Positions 16,639-28,124 of a stretch of 64,000 nucleotides of DNA are shown piece after piece. This DNA comes from a virus. Lineage: Duplodnaviria > Caudoviricetes. Under the pieces are notes generated by a model. That model made no database searches, was not told the DNA's origin, and saw nothing but the letters and a program-made list of their open reading frames with translations. The stretch covers positions 32,001 to 96,000 of IMG/VR virus record IMGVR_UViG_3300021400_001346. The stretch is one strand, 5' to 3'. A program made the position numbers and the translations under genes. The number at the start of each line of letters is the position of its first letter. Within the stretch, counting starts at the first letter, position 1.

Positions 16639-18186
16639 ATGGCGAAAAAACAAGATAAACCATTAACATCTGCTGAAGAAACTACCAACTTCAGAACCGA
16701 TCGAGCTAAAAAAATAAAAGAACTTTACGCCGATGATACGGCTGCTCGCCACAAAAGAGACGAAAGTCCTCGTAACTCCGGCTCGAACTACCTTACCGCG
16801 GCTCAAGTCAGGGAGGCGCTTTCAAAAGCCATTTCTGACCATACCAGTATTTCAGAGACCTCTAAGAAACTTTATGCTATCAATCCTATTTATGCATCTA
16901 TCATTGACTATATGGCAGATGTATACTTATGAAGATATAAAGTCATTCCTAGAAAATTATACAATAAAAGTAAAGCAAAACTTCATAAAACTAAAAAAGA
17001 AGACGACTTTACTATCATGTATAACCTCATGATTAACGTTGTAGATGGTTTAATGATTGAAACACAATTTCCAAACCTTCTTACCGCCCTCTACATTAAT
17101 GGCTCAGTTTATCTAACCACTTATTGTAACCCAGACAGCCTTACTATTGATACTCTAGTATTGCCTGACGCTTACTGCCGCAAAATTGGCGAAACACAGT
17201 ACGGAAGCGGCATTATCCAATTTGACTTTTCTTATTTTGACCAGTATACTTCTGAAGTAGATTTAAAAGACGCTTTAAAAATGTTCCCAAAAGAGTTTAC
17301 TAAACTCTATAATCGCTATAAGAAAGATAGAACTGACAAATGGCAAACTCTTGACCCACGTTTTTCTACCGGCGTCTTATTAAATGAATATGGTATTCCA
17401 ACTTACTTCTATTTATTAGGAGGCATCTTAGACTATGAACAATACCAAGATAATGAACTTGAACGTAATGAAAACTTACTTCGTTACCTTGTCGTTCACA
17501 CCATGCCACACTACGAAGATAAACTTATCTTTGAAATGGACGAAGTTAAAGCCATTCACCAATCTATTAAAAAGATTGTTGATACTGGCGACAAGGCTCG
17601 TTTAATTACTACTTTCGGTGACGTCCATGTTGACCGTATTGCCGATGAAGACACTACTGCCAACGAAGTTCTTGCTAAAGCATATGAAGCAATTTTCCAC
17701 AATGCCGGTTTCAATAGCGCTATGTTTATTAGCGACAGTGTTACCGCACTTGAAATGTCATTGATTCGTGACCGTGCAAAGGTCTGGAGATATGTTAATC
17801 AATTTTTAAATTTCTATACTATTGCAATCAATAATTGATTTGATTTTAAAGAGTACCAAGCGGATATTGATATTTTACAAATCTCTCCATATACTTATAA
17901 AGATGATATAAAATTGTTTAGAGATAATGCCACATTAGGTGTTGGAAAACTAGACTATTTTATCGCAGCCGGAATAAAGCAAAAGGACATTCCAGACCAA
18001 CTTAGTTTGGAAGACCATTTACATCTTAATGATATCACTCCAATGCAAACGTCTTATACACAAACTGCGGAAGACCGTGCGGCGGATGATAATAAATCAG
18101 ATGATACCAAATCAACTTCATCTGGGATTGAGCCATCAGACGAAGACGAAGAAACATCATCTTCTACTGCCACTAATGAGGACTAA
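16639..18186 (+). CDS. Portal protein, 515 aa; TGA at 16930 and 17836
   Basis: Position between TerL and protease, size, C-terminal PMQTSYTQ plus acidic tail; continuous frame. Confidence 0.75.
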
Positions 18187-18188
18187 AA

Positions 18189-19694
18189 ATGAAAAAGCAT
18201 CCTACTATTAATTATAGCTGGCCAGCCTTATTGTTTGATTTAAAAGCAGATCCAAGTAATGGCAACTATTCTCGTGGAAAACTTGGTGTTTTCTATAAAG
18301 GCGAGACAGCGGACCACCGTTATTTCTCAGATGCCTTTTGTGAAAAACTCATTAAAACCCTACCTTACGCACCTGTCGTAAGTCATTATGACGAAGAAAA
18401 GGACGATTTCGTAGGACACGCAACTCAACAAAACATTTATGGTATTGTTGACCCTTGTGTAGAACCAACTTTCCAAGTTATGGAAGACAACAACACTTGA
18501 GCAATCTGTGATGTCGTCCTCTATACAGATCGCCCTGACAAGGTTGGCGAAATAGCGAAAAAGATTATTGGTCATAGTCAATCTTTGGAGCTAAATCCAG
18601 ACACAGTGGATTATAAAATCAACTATGACGAAAAGAAACACTTCAAAAATATTGAATTTACCGCAGGAGACATTATTGGCGTAAGTGTATTAGGCTCTGA
18701 TCAACAGCCAGCATTTACAGGTTCCGCATTCTTCGAATACGACGAACAATTTGCCGCAAAGATGAAAATGCTTAAAGAATACTGTGAAAAGCAACATGAT
18801 CAAGATAACAGTGGAGGCAAAATAGTGAATTTACAAGAATTTATGAAGCTCTCCTGGGGTGACATTTCTCAAAAAGTCTACGAAGCAATTAGTCACGAAT
18901 ACGAAAATGACGCATTTGTTATGCCAGTTGACATGTTCGAAGACAGCGCAATTGTTCGTTTCTACTATTATGTAGAAGGTAATGTAAAACTTATGCGTGT
19001 AAAATACTCCATTAATGATAGCGGCGACGTTACATTAGGAGATGTGAACGAAGTTCATATTACATACGAAGACGTGATTGAGAATAGTGTAGGCGTTAAC
19101 AATGCCGAAGTCACAACAACAGAAGGTAGTTCTGTTGCCACACCTGAAACCAATGCAAGCGAAGGTATTTCAACCGCTAGTGAGCTTAGCACTACAACTG
19201 ACAATATCATCACCGCCGCATCTGATGTTTCAACAACTCCAACAGAAGACCCTGTTAATACTGATGAGGTAGCATCTGCTGCCGAAAATTCATCAGCAGC
19301 ACAACTTGAAAACGCTGAAGTCACCGACACAGAAAAGAAAGTGAGTGACGGTAATGAACAAAACTCAACAACAAAAGAAGAGGGTGCAAGTTCTGCCTCA
19401 TTTACTGATAGTGAAAGAGCGCAATTTGAAACCCTTAAAAGAGAAAAGAAAGTAAATCTTCTTAACTCTTACAAAGACAAAATTTCTGAAGAAGACTATA
19501 ATAACTTTTTAAATGCTATTGATACCTTCGCAGAAGAAAAAGACCTTGAGCTTGAAGTTCTTAAAGCTTACCAACGTAATCTTGAAGAAAATTCAACTCC
19601 AATACGCGGAGTTTTCTCATTGAACTCCATTATCAATCACAATGAGAACAAAGACGATTTAGCTACCTATATTCGTAGACAATTAAATCGTTAA
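18189..19694 (+). CDS. Prohead protease/scaffold, 501 aa; TGA at 18498
   Basis: FVGH, QSLEL, VSVLG..QPAF protease-like N-terminus; low-complexity acidic scaffold C-terminus. Confidence 0.75.
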
Positions 19695-19715
19695 TAGAAA
19701 TGAGGTAAAAATATT

Positions 19716-20210
19716 ATGGCAATTTATGATTACTTACCAAAATATCCATATATTGAAGCTAACAACCTTAAAGGTTTACAACCAGGTTTTGTTGTTTCTC
19801 AAATGGAAGTCGCCGCAGCTGATTTAAATGCTTTAACAGCTAAAGGTGTTACAGGTTCAATAATGCCTAATGGTGTTATTTGTTCCATTTCTGCTGATGG
19901 TATTTGCGAATGGTCAGAAGGTAAACCAATGTTTATCGTTTACAATGAACCATTAAATACTATTTATAATGCAGACGAATTCTATGCTACAAAATTAGCA
20001 AACGAAAACCCAAGACTTGTCCAATTAATCCCTGGTGATGAATGGATGGCAAGTGGTACAGTAGCAGATCACGTTGGTTTACAAGCTGCTATCACAGCAG
20101 GCTTAGTAGCAGTTGTTACTGGCACAAGTGGTATGTCAAACGATGATTGGTTCGACAGTGCTACAATGCCAAATGGCGACGCAGGCGTACATCTTGTTTA
20201 CCTTGGTTAA
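19716..20210 (+). CDS. Putative head decoration protein
   Basis: Between scaffold and capsid gene; highly biased codons. Confidence 0.5.
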   Translation: MAIYDYLPKYPYIEANNLKGLQPGFVVSQMEVAAADLNALTAKGVTGSIMPNGVICSISADGICEWSEGKPMFIVYNEPLNTIYNADEFYATKLANENPRLVQLIPGDEWMASGTVADHVGLQAAITAGLVAVVTGTSGMSNDDWFDSATMPNGDAGVHLVYLG

Positions 20211-20228
20211 TAGTGGAGGACGATAACA

Positions 20229-21233
20229 ATGAATGCACAATTAAGAAAAGCTTTAATCGCTGCCTATAATGGTCAAGCAGTTGCTGAATTCTCCGCAGAA
20301 GATGTCAACGCAGCAGCTATCAAAGGTATTAAAGAAGAATTAAATTTAACAGACGAATCTACATACAGAGATTTTAGAAAAGTTGAAAATGATGCATTTG
20401 CATTAATCGAAGAAACAGTTGATGAAATCTTACCAAAGAAATTAGAAAACGTTTTAGGTAACTTTGCTGAAATCAAATCTTTCCCAAGAGATGCAGAAGT
20501 AGTCTTCAATATTGAAAGAATTGGTAAAAATAGAGCAAAACTTACAATTAGTAAAGGTGCTCGTGGTGGTATTTACAGAGCAGCTAGATTAGGCAACAAA
20601 TACTTCTCACTTGATGTATCTGTCCAAACAGTTGCAGTTTATGTCACTTTAGAAGAAATTCTCTTAGGCACAATGTCCTTAGCAGAATTATTCAATAACA
20701 TTTTAGAAGGCTTCGAAGAAATCGTTTACAAAGAAGTTTTCAATGCATTAGCAACAGGTACTGCAGCAGTTGGTTCAAGAGTTCCTGGTTCAACAACAAC
20801 CACAAAAGCCGCTTTAGGTGGAGCAATTGACCAAGTTATGCCATACGTTAAACAATATGGTGTTCCAACTATCTTCGGTTCTTACGCAGCACTTAGTAAC
20901 TTATCAAATGATGCCGCTCAATATCACCCAGAACTTTTAGATTCTGCTGATAAGAGACGTTATGGCTTCATTCAAGAATATAAAGGTAGCCAAGTTGTTG
21001 AACTTCCTAACTATTTAGTTGATAGTTCCAACTCCGCATGGTTCTATGAAGAAAAATATGTCTTCGTTCTTCCAAGTGGTGCAAAACCAGTTAAAGTTGC
21101 TTTAAAAGGCGATATGACAATCATCAAAAATACACAAGCAGTTGGCTCTGAAAAATGGGAAGCTTCTAAGTTAATTGGTGTTGGTGTCGCAATGGCAAAC
21201 AACTTCGCAGTTCTTGAAGTTACAGACTTATAG
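20229..21233 (+). CDS. Major capsid protein
   Basis: 334 aa, synteny, strongly biased codon usage, followed by a terminator. Confidence 0.8.
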   Translation: MNAQLRKALIAAYNGQAVAEFSAEDVNAAAIKGIKEELNLTDESTYRDFRKVENDAFALIEETVDEILPKKLENVLGNFAEIKSFPRDAEVVFNIERIGKNRAKLTISKGARGGIYRAARLGNKYFSLDVSVQTVAVYVTLEEILLGTMSLAELFNNILEGFEEIVYKEVFNALATGTAAVGSRVPGSTTTTKAALGGAIDQVMPYVKQYGVPTIFGSYAALSNLSNDAAQYHPELLDSADKRRYGFIQEYKGSQVVELPNYLVDSSNSAWFYEEKYVFVLPSGAKPVKVALKGDMTIIKNTQAVGSEKWEASKLIGVGVAMANNFAVLEVTDL

Positions 21234-21257
21234 TTTTTAACTAAACTTAATATCCAC

Positions 21258-21292
21258 GGGAGGGGAGGGTTCCCTCCTCTCCTTTATTTTTT
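21258..21292 (+). terminator. Intrinsic terminator after the capsid gene
   Basis: GGAGGGGAGGG-TT-CCCTCCTCTCC followed by TTTATTTTTT. Confidence 0.8.
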
Positions 21293-21305
21293 ATAGAAAG
21301 GAGAC

Positions 21306-21809
21306 ATGTACATGTCTGACAATAAAAATTTTAAGCTTATTAAAGTTACACCAAATAATTTGTTTTTAAGAATTCGTCCACTTGGTATGAATGGAGTTGA
21401 AAGAGATTTCTTCTTAACAAATAGAAATCCAGTTCAAGTTTTGCCAATGGATTGGGCTCTTGGTATTTTCCAAGATAGCGGATTGTTTGAAATGTATCAA
21501 AAAGGTTTATTTACTTTTGACGATAATGAAGCCGCTGTTCAAGCCGCTTATGAAAAAGGTGTTTACTTTGCTGACAAATTAGAATTTACACCAGCAGATC
21601 CTAAATTAGCCGAACAAGTTTTAAATGTTTTAAAAAGCGGAAATAGAGCCGCAATTTTAGACGCTATTAAAACTCATGGTAAAACATTTGTTCAAAACGT
21701 TGCAGTTCGTAATTTAGCTGACTTAACACAAGGTGTTGTTTCTATGCTAGAAAGTACACTTAAAACTCAATTAGTAGTTGACGATTTAGCTGGAGACATC
21801 GAAGACTAA
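21306..21809 (+). CDS. Hypothetical morphogenesis-module protein
   Basis: ORF with AAAGGAG RBS. Confidence 0.7.
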   Translation: MYMSDNKNFKLIKVTPNNLFLRIRPLGMNGVERDFFLTNRNPVQVLPMDWALGIFQDSGLFEMYQKGLFTFDDNEAAVQAAYEKGVYFADKLEFTPADPKLAEQVLNVLKSGNRAAILDAIKTHGKTFVQNVAVRNLADLTQGVVSMLESTLKTQLVVDDLAGDIED

Positions 21810-21832
21810 TTTACTACAGGAGGTAGAGTAAT

Positions 21833-22354
21833 ATGCAAAACTGGGATGACATCCTTTATCCATCATTTAGAGCTACTATTCGTGGTGAGTATTATGGCAT
21901 TATTACTCAAGACGATATCGACGAAGAGTGTTTTTTCCTTGCGGAAAGAGCTGTCGCCGCGTTTAAATTTCCTCATATTTCTACTGACTATACAATCTTC
22001 TATGCGATAAGAGATGCCGACAATGGCTTAGAAACAGTTGACGCAGACACTGAAGGAGCAATCCCTCATGCTTACTTCAATAATGACCTTACTTATGCCG
22101 AAATCGAAATCATTATCGCATGGATGAAAGTTTATTGGGCAGAAAATCAAATCTCTAATGCCGATAACTTTGACGACATCTATACAGATGTTAATATTAA
22201 GACTTATAGCCGTGCCAACATGTTAGATAAGGCTACAAACTTATATAAAACTTATCGTGAAAATGCTCGTGAACTTGAAAATCGTTATAGTCGTGTTAAC
22301 GTTAAGAAAGCCCCAAGTATGGGCGATATTAATGAGGACGATGATAATGAATAG
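21833..22354 (+). CDS. Putative head-tail adaptor
   Basis: Synteny, helical character, LTYAEIEIIIAWMKVYW. Confidence 0.55.
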   Translation: MQNWDDILYPSFRATIRGEYYGIITQDDIDEECFFLAERAVAAFKFPHISTDYTIFYAIRDADNGLETVDADTEGAIPHAYFNNDLTYAEIEIIIAWMKVYWAENQISNADNFDDIYTDVNIKTYSRANMLDKATNLYKTYRENARELENRYSRVNVKKAPSMGDINEDDDNE

Positions 22355-23192
22355 TTTTGAACGTTTTCGTAATCGTCAAAAACAAAGAATAGCAGCAACT
22401 GACCAACTTAATAGTCAATTTATTTTTAAAGGTTATCCATCTATTAAAATCGAAAATCAAGACGGCATGTTAAAGCAAGCCGCGGTTGTCAACAAGCAAG
22501 AGAAAGATCAGGCTTATATTTATACACAACTTGATGACCCACTAACCATTGGTTCTGTTTGGTCCGCAAAAGGACTACATTGGTTGATTTCTGAAGAAAT
22601 TATCATTATTAAAGACGTAAAATGGCATAAGTATCTCGCCTTTTTGTGCAACGTTGAACTTGATGATATGTGGGGATATTTTGTTGGGCCTGAAAAGTCT
22701 TACATCAATATCGCATTGCGTGAGAACGTAATGATTGAATCCTTACAACATCCTCTTCTCATCTTACCATCTGATGCATTATCATACGAAGACAAAATTA
22801 TTATCAAAGGGAGACCTTGGATAATACAAGAATATGATAGCATTAGCACCGAAGGAATTACTTATTATTCTTTGCGCGCAACTACTGTTTCTAAAGAAGT
22901 CGCGGCTGAACATAAAGATGAAGAAGTTTATGTTGAAAAGCATGTTGACAACTTAATCATTCCATCTTTTGAAGATGAAGACGCATCTGATTTTAATGTT
23001 AAACCTCAACAACAAATTACTATTACAACCGTTGGTGGATATTTTAAATATTCAAACAAAAGTATTAAAGTAATTGCACATACAAGCACATCAGTTATTT
23101 TTTATCTACCTTTTGGTGTAGATAAATGTTCCATTGAAAGAAAGGACAGTGAAGGCAATATTATTGAAGAAACCTATACTGTGGTAGAATAA
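22347..23192 (+). CDS. Putative head closure/neck protein
   Basis: Synteny; beta-rich; start reassigned to ATG 22347 from the RBS. Confidence 0.5.
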   Translation: MNSFERFRNRQKQRIAATDQLNSQFIFKGYPSIKIENQDGMLKQAAVVNKQEKDQAYIYTQLDDPLTIGSVWSAKGLHWLISEEIIIIKDVKWHKYLAFLCNVELDDMWGYFVGPEKSYINIALRENVMIESLQHPLLILPSDALSYEDKIIIKGRPWIIQEYDSISTEGITYYSLRATTVSKEVAAEHKDEEVYVEKHVDNLIIPSFEDEDASDFNVKPQQQITITTVGGYFKYSNKSIKVIAHTSTSVIFYLPFGVDKCSIERKDSEGNIIEETYTVVE

Positions 23193-23193
23193 T

Positions 23194-23700
23194 ATGAAAA
23201 GTTTAAAAAATATTAATAAGGCGGTTTTTGAAATCGTTACTTTGCTTTTACAAAACGATAATATTAAGAAACTTTTGTTTTGGGACTCCGCCGATGCACT
23301 TAGTTTAGAGGTGCCAGACATTTCTATTCAACGTTATATTGATGATAAATACATCTGGCTTTATCCCGCCGTTGAAACTGGCATTCAAAATTTTGAACGC
23401 AATACTTTCTTAATCGTTAATTTGGAAGAAATTAATTTAAGAGGTATGGACGCAAACACTAGCGCAAGTGGAGCAATTTATGTAACAACTGATGCAAAAC
23501 ATTCTCTCCTTGATAATAATCAACTTAGATTATTAGTATTAGCAGATGAAGTTCGACAATCTTTAGATAATCATAAATTATCTGCGGCTGGTGAATTGCA
23601 AATCAATTCTATCCGTCAACAAATGATTAGTGAATTTCGTAGTGCTTATAGAATTTCTTTTAGTTTGTCAGACCAATCAACTAGAAAGGCGGAAATTTAA
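23194..23700 (+). CDS. Putative tail completion protein
   Basis: Synteny and size. Confidence 0.45.
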   Translation: MKSLKNINKAVFEIVTLLLQNDNIKKLLFWDSADALSLEVPDISIQRYIDDKYIWLYPAVETGIQNFERNTFLIVNLEEINLRGMDANTSASGAIYVTTDAKHSLLDNNQLRLLVLADEVRQSLDNHKLSAAGELQINSIRQQMISEFRSAYRISFSLSDQSTRKAEI

Positions 23701-24431
23701 TGCAAGATAATTTTGATTTATTCCGTCTTTTTTTAACTAAAGAAGTTACGATTTATAGTGACGACGGAGCGGCACTTCTTTCAATGAAATGTCCTTCTAT
23801 TCGTGATACATTAACAGAACATTATTTAAATCTTGCATATCAACTATGAACATCTGATATGGAAGAAATCACGAAGAAAACTGGATTACAAGTAAAAAGT
23901 TCTTGAGATTTGTTAACAACCATCTTATTTGATTTAGGCAAATATCGTCAATTCGCCAACTTATATTCCTGTTCTCTTCAAACACTTAAATTTCTTTTTA
24001 ATGACAAGGTATCTATCAATTTAGGTCTTCACACCCTAACCATTGGTGATGTTATTATGACAGAAGAAATTTGAGATTATGTAATTTATCTATTAAAATT
24101 ATGTTATGGGGTGAAGGTTTCAAAACCTATTCACTTTAATACAGACGAGGAACGCCAATGATATTTGGCTCAAAAGAAAAATGAAAACCGCATTCGTGCA
24201 TTAAGAGAAAAAGGCAGTAAAGATTCTCAAGATGCCATGCTTAAGATTTTTCTTAATATTACTTACGCGTTTCCTAATTTTACTTTTGATTATTTATTTG
24301 ATCAAACCATGGCTCAAATTCACTGACTCCAAAGCAAAGCCGCGGGAGCAGTGTCTTATGAAGTAAAAGCGCAAGCTTATGCGGCTGGTAATATGAAAAA
24401 GGGTTCACAACTCGATTTCTTTATTAAATAG
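23700..24431 (+). CDS. 243-aa morphogenesis-module protein in which all five Trp codons are TGA; invisible under code 11
   Basis: TAATG overlap start; TGA at 23847, 23904, 24072, 24159 and 24324; ends TAG; exactly fills the gap. Confidence 0.85.
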
Positions 24432-24443
24432 AGGTATAAAAAC

Positions 24444-25397
24444 ATGGCTTTAAATTATACAAGATTAGGCGGTAGTAGCGCTAATTTCCAACAAATGATT
24501 CAACGTTTTGGCGTCGTTACCGTTATGAACGCTAAAGTCTACGAACCATTCGAAAACGAAGAAATCAAAGATCTTCAAGCTGATGCAATTATTGCAAAAT
24601 ATGATAGCAAAACTGAACTTTGTAAATTAGATACTTTAAAAATTGCTAATGTTACAGAAGAAGGTCCAACTAAAACAGTTACTGGTGGTCAATATAACAA
24701 TCCATTAATCAAATTTGGTAAAACCGCAAGACTTGAAATGCAAGACGCTTTAGGTAATGCCGCAGCATTAGATGCTTTATGTGGTAGCGTTGCTGAAGTT
24801 GATGCATTAGTTAATGGAAAAATTGACTATAGTACAGTTTTTGCTCTTCATTTTGGTTCTGATTTCTCTGGTCCAAAATGTATTATTGGTGAGTCTTTCT
24901 TTATCGATCAAAAGAGCGGACAACAAGTTCCTGTTAAAATTATTTTCTATCAATTCCTTCCAGATTCATTATTTAATTTAACACAAGATGCTGAAGGAGA
25001 TGCAACTGTCTTCGATATGAATGGTGACTTATTAGCTACTGATATTACTATTAAAGATATTAATGGCAGCAAAATTCCTTATGGTGTTTTCTATTCAATT
25101 GTTGATGCAGAACCTAAGACTTCTTGGTTAGATAATGATTATTATACTTTAGAACAACAATCAACTGAAACTGAGGCCAATGGTATTGTAACTGTATATA
25201 GTGTCCATATCACAAACAATACTCGTAGCCTACTCTTAGATGGACAAGCAATTGCACCAGTTGAGACAGAAACGCCAACTCCAGTAGCTAGAATCCAAGA
25301 TCCAGATACTTTAGAAGACTTAGCTAGCGGAAAATTAATTATCACAGATATCAATGGTAAAAATATTAAGATGATCGTCCCACTTGTTTTTGCCTAG
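24444..25397 (+). CDS. Major tail (tube) protein with a C-terminal extension
   Basis: KTVTGGQYNNPLIKF..TARLEMQDAL, LTQDAEGDATVFDM; biased codons; terminator follows. Confidence 0.7.
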   Translation: MALNYTRLGGSSANFQQMIQRFGVVTVMNAKVYEPFENEEIKDLQADAIIAKYDSKTELCKLDTLKIANVTEEGPTKTVTGGQYNNPLIKFGKTARLEMQDALGNAAALDALCGSVAEVDALVNGKIDYSTVFALHFGSDFSGPKCIIGESFFIDQKSGQQVPVKIIFYQFLPDSLFNLTQDAEGDATVFDMNGDLLATDITIKDINGSKIPYGVFYSIVDAEPKTSWLDNDYYTLEQQSTETEANGIVTVYSVHITNNTRSLLLDGQAIAPVETETPTPVARIQDPDTLEDLASGKLIITDINGKNIKMIVPLVFA

Positions 25398-25421
25398 TAA
25401 TCTTTAACATTTCCATTCAGG

Positions 25422-25449
25422 CTCATAGGGTAAAACCTATGAGTTTTTA
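25422..25449 (+). terminator. Intrinsic terminator
   Basis: CTCATAGG-GTAAAA-CCTATGAG-TTTTT. Confidence 0.8.
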
Positions 25450-25450
25450 T

Positions 25451-25479
25451 TTGCCAAAATGAACAAATTTGATTATAAT
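25451..25479 (+). promoter_or_regulatory. sigma70 promoter of the nrd island
   Basis: TTGCCA-17-TATAAT. Confidence 0.75.
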
Positions 25480-25512
25480 ATATTTACACACTAGCGTGTA
25501 AAGGAGATTTAT

Positions 25513-25722
25513 ATGGACGATAGTATCAAAGTATATTCTTTGCCAACATGCGGCATGTGTAAAATGTTAAAGCGCTCTTTAGACGCACACAACATTCCTT
25601 ACACCACATGCGAAGATATAGACATCATGGCTAAAATGAATATCAAAAGCGTACCCGTCTTAAGCGTCAACGGGACACTTTACAATTTTAAAGACGCACT
25701 TGACTGAGTTAATAGGAGATAG
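25513..25722 (+). CDS. nrdH: Glutaredoxin-like NrdH redoxin; TGA five codons before the TAG
   Basis: CGMC and SVPVL; ends ALD[W]VNRR on readthrough. Confidence 0.75.
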
Positions 25723-25726
25723 CATC

Positions 25727-27574
25727 ATGAAACCAGACACAACTGAAAACAAAATTGCATTTATGCAAAAGTACATGGTTGCCCAAAATGCGGCGACCGG
25801 TAGTGACGTTGACTCAAATGCCAACGTTGCTAATAAAAACATCGCAACCTTATTTGCCGAACTTCCTAAAAAAGACATTATTGCACTTAATCGTGAATTA
25901 ATGCGCATTAAACTTACAGAACGTTTTGGTAAAACTCTTGCCGAACAATATGAAAAAGATTTAGCACATCATATCATTTACAAACACGATGAAACATCAA
26001 TCTATCCATATTGTTGTTCAATTTCCCTTTATCCATTCTTACTTGATGGACTTACTAAAATTGGAGGCTCTTCAACTGCACCAAAGCACTTAGATTCCTT
26101 CTGCGGCGGCTTTATTAACTTAATGTTCTTAGTTGCTGGCCAATTTGCAGGAGCAACCGCCACACCTGAATTCCTCACCTACTTCGATCACTTCGCGCGT
26201 ATCGACTATGGTGAAGATTACATTAGCCATCTTGACGATGTAGTTGAACATTTAAAGAGCGGCAAAATTACTTTGCGTGAAAAGATTTATCATTACTTTG
26301 CTCAAGTAGTTTATACAATCAATCAACCTGCGGGCGCCCGTGGCTATCAAAGCCTTTTCTGGAACATCGCATACTTTGATAAAGACTACTTTGCCTCAAT
26401 TTTTGAAAACTTCTACTTCCTAGATGGCGATGCACCAAAATGGGAAACTACAAAAGAACTTCAAAAACTCTTTATGAAATGGTTTAACCAAGAACGTTTA
26501 AAGAGTGTTCTTACCTTCCCAGTTGAAACCGCTAATATGCACACAGTTGGCGGCAAATATTCTGATACAGAAATGGCAGACTTTTTTGCTCAAATGTGGG
26601 CAGAAGGTGCATCCTTCTTCATGTATCAAAGTGATAGTGTAGATTCACTTTCATCTTGTTGCAGACTTCGTAACGGCATTGAAGATAACACCTTCTCATA
26701 TACACTTGGCGCCGGCGGCATTGAAACTGGCTCTAAAGGTGTTATTACTCTCAACCTTAATCGTATTGTTCAAGATTGGTCTAAATCTACTTCCGACGAC
26801 TTAAAAGAATATTTAACTGTCATCGTAAAACGTGTTCATCAATACCTCGATGCCTTTAATGACATCATCTGGGATTATAAGCGCGCGGGATTATTAACTA
26901 TCTATAACGCCGGATTCATCGACCTTGACAAGCAATACCTTACTATTGGTATTAATGGTTTCGTTGAAGGTGCTGAATTCTTAGGCATCCCAATTAATCC
27001 AGACGACGCCGCTTACCAAGACTATGCTAAAGCCATTCTTGAAACAATTAAAGACCTCAACATCGCGGCACGTACTGAACACTGCAAATTCAATACAGAA
27101 TTCGTTCCTGCCGAATCATTAGGTGTTAAAAATGCAAAATGGGACCGCAAAGATGGCTATGAAGTTCCAAGAGATTGTTACAACTCTTATTTCTACATCG
27201 TTGAAGACCACGATATTGACCCAGTAATTAAATTCCGCTATCAAGGAATTAAGTTCACCGGATGCTGTGATGGCGGCAGTGCCTTACACAACAACCTCGA
27301 TGAACATCTCAGCGCGGCGCAATATAGACTTCTTATGGACATTGCTATCGCCGAAGGTTGTAACTACTTCACTTACAATGTCATGAATACCATCTGTAAT
27401 CATTGCGGTCACATTAGTAAGCATACCTTTGATAAGTGTCCAAAATGTGGTTCAACAGATGTAGATTATGCAACTCGTGTTATTGGATATTTAAAACGTA
27501 TTAGTTCATTTAGCGCGGCTCGTCAAGCAGAGGCCGATCGTAGAGCATATTTGGGGTTAAAAGAAGAAAAATAG
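25727..27574 (+). CDS. nrdD: Anaerobic (class III) ribonucleotide reductase, no obvious ATP cone
   Basis: YKHD..PYC, TFPV, SSCCRL, EFVPAESL, CNHC..CPKC, TRVIGYL glycyl-radical loop. Confidence 0.95.
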   Translation: MKPDTTENKIAFMQKYMVAQNAATGSDVDSNANVANKNIATLFAELPKKDIIALNRELMRIKLTERFGKTLAEQYEKDLAHHIIYKHDETSIYPYCCSISLYPFLLDGLTKIGGSSTAPKHLDSFCGGFINLMFLVAGQFAGATATPEFLTYFDHFARIDYGEDYISHLDDVVEHLKSGKITLREKIYHYFAQVVYTINQPAGARGYQSLFWNIAYFDKDYFASIFENFYFLDGDAPKWETTKELQKLFMKWFNQERLKSVLTFPVETANMHTVGGKYSDTEMADFFAQMWAEGASFFMYQSDSVDSLSSCCRLRNGIEDNTFSYTLGAGGIETGSKGVITLNLNRIVQDWSKSTSDDLKEYLTVIVKRVHQYLDAFNDIIWDYKRAGLLTIYNAGFIDLDKQYLTIGINGFVEGAEFLGIPINPDDAAYQDYAKAILETIKDLNIAARTEHCKFNTEFVPAESLGVKNAKWDRKDGYEVPRDCYNSYFYIVEDHDIDPVIKFRYQGIKFTGCCDGGSALHNNLDEHLSAAQYRLLMDIAIAEGCNYFTYNVMNTICNHCGHISKHTFDKCPKCGSTDVDYATRVIGYLKRISSFSAARQAEADRRAYLGLKEEK

Positions 27575-27575
27575 T

Positions 27576-28040
27576 ATGTTAAAATACGATTCTACACTAG
27601 TCACTTTTACCGAAGTGCCTGATGAAATTTCTTTATGTTTTAACATTTCCAACTGCCCTTGTCATTGCCAGGATTGCTTCGAACCTTGGCTTAGAGAAGA
27701 TCGCGGCGACCCATTGACTTTAAAGGCAGTGTGCAGCGAATTGGAAAAACATCCTCATGTAACCTGTGTATGCTGGATGGGAGGAGATGCAGATTATGAT
27801 GCATTAATCAGACTATCAACTGCTTTAACATTTGTTATGCCTTCCTTAAAAATTGCTATGTATAGCGGCAGACCTGAAATGTCATTTCCTCTCGCCGATT
27901 ATCTTGACTATTATAAAATTGGCCCTTATATGCCGCAATATGGTCCGCTTAATAAAACTACCACCAATCAACGTTTTTATAAAAAGGTAAACGATAATTG
28001 AACTGATATTACTTATCGTTTCCAAGAAAAGAAGGATTAA
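27576..28040 (+). CDS. nrdG: Class III RNR activase; TGA at 27999
   Basis: FTEVPDEISL, CPCHCQDC, KIGPY..GPLN..TTNQRFY, then [W]TDITYRFQ. Confidence 0.9.
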
Positions 28041-28124
28041 TTCCTTCTTTTTTCTTTATGCTGGAAATTGATAATTTCGTTTTAGCTGGTTATACTATGA
28101 CTAGAATTTGAGGAATTATTTTTT

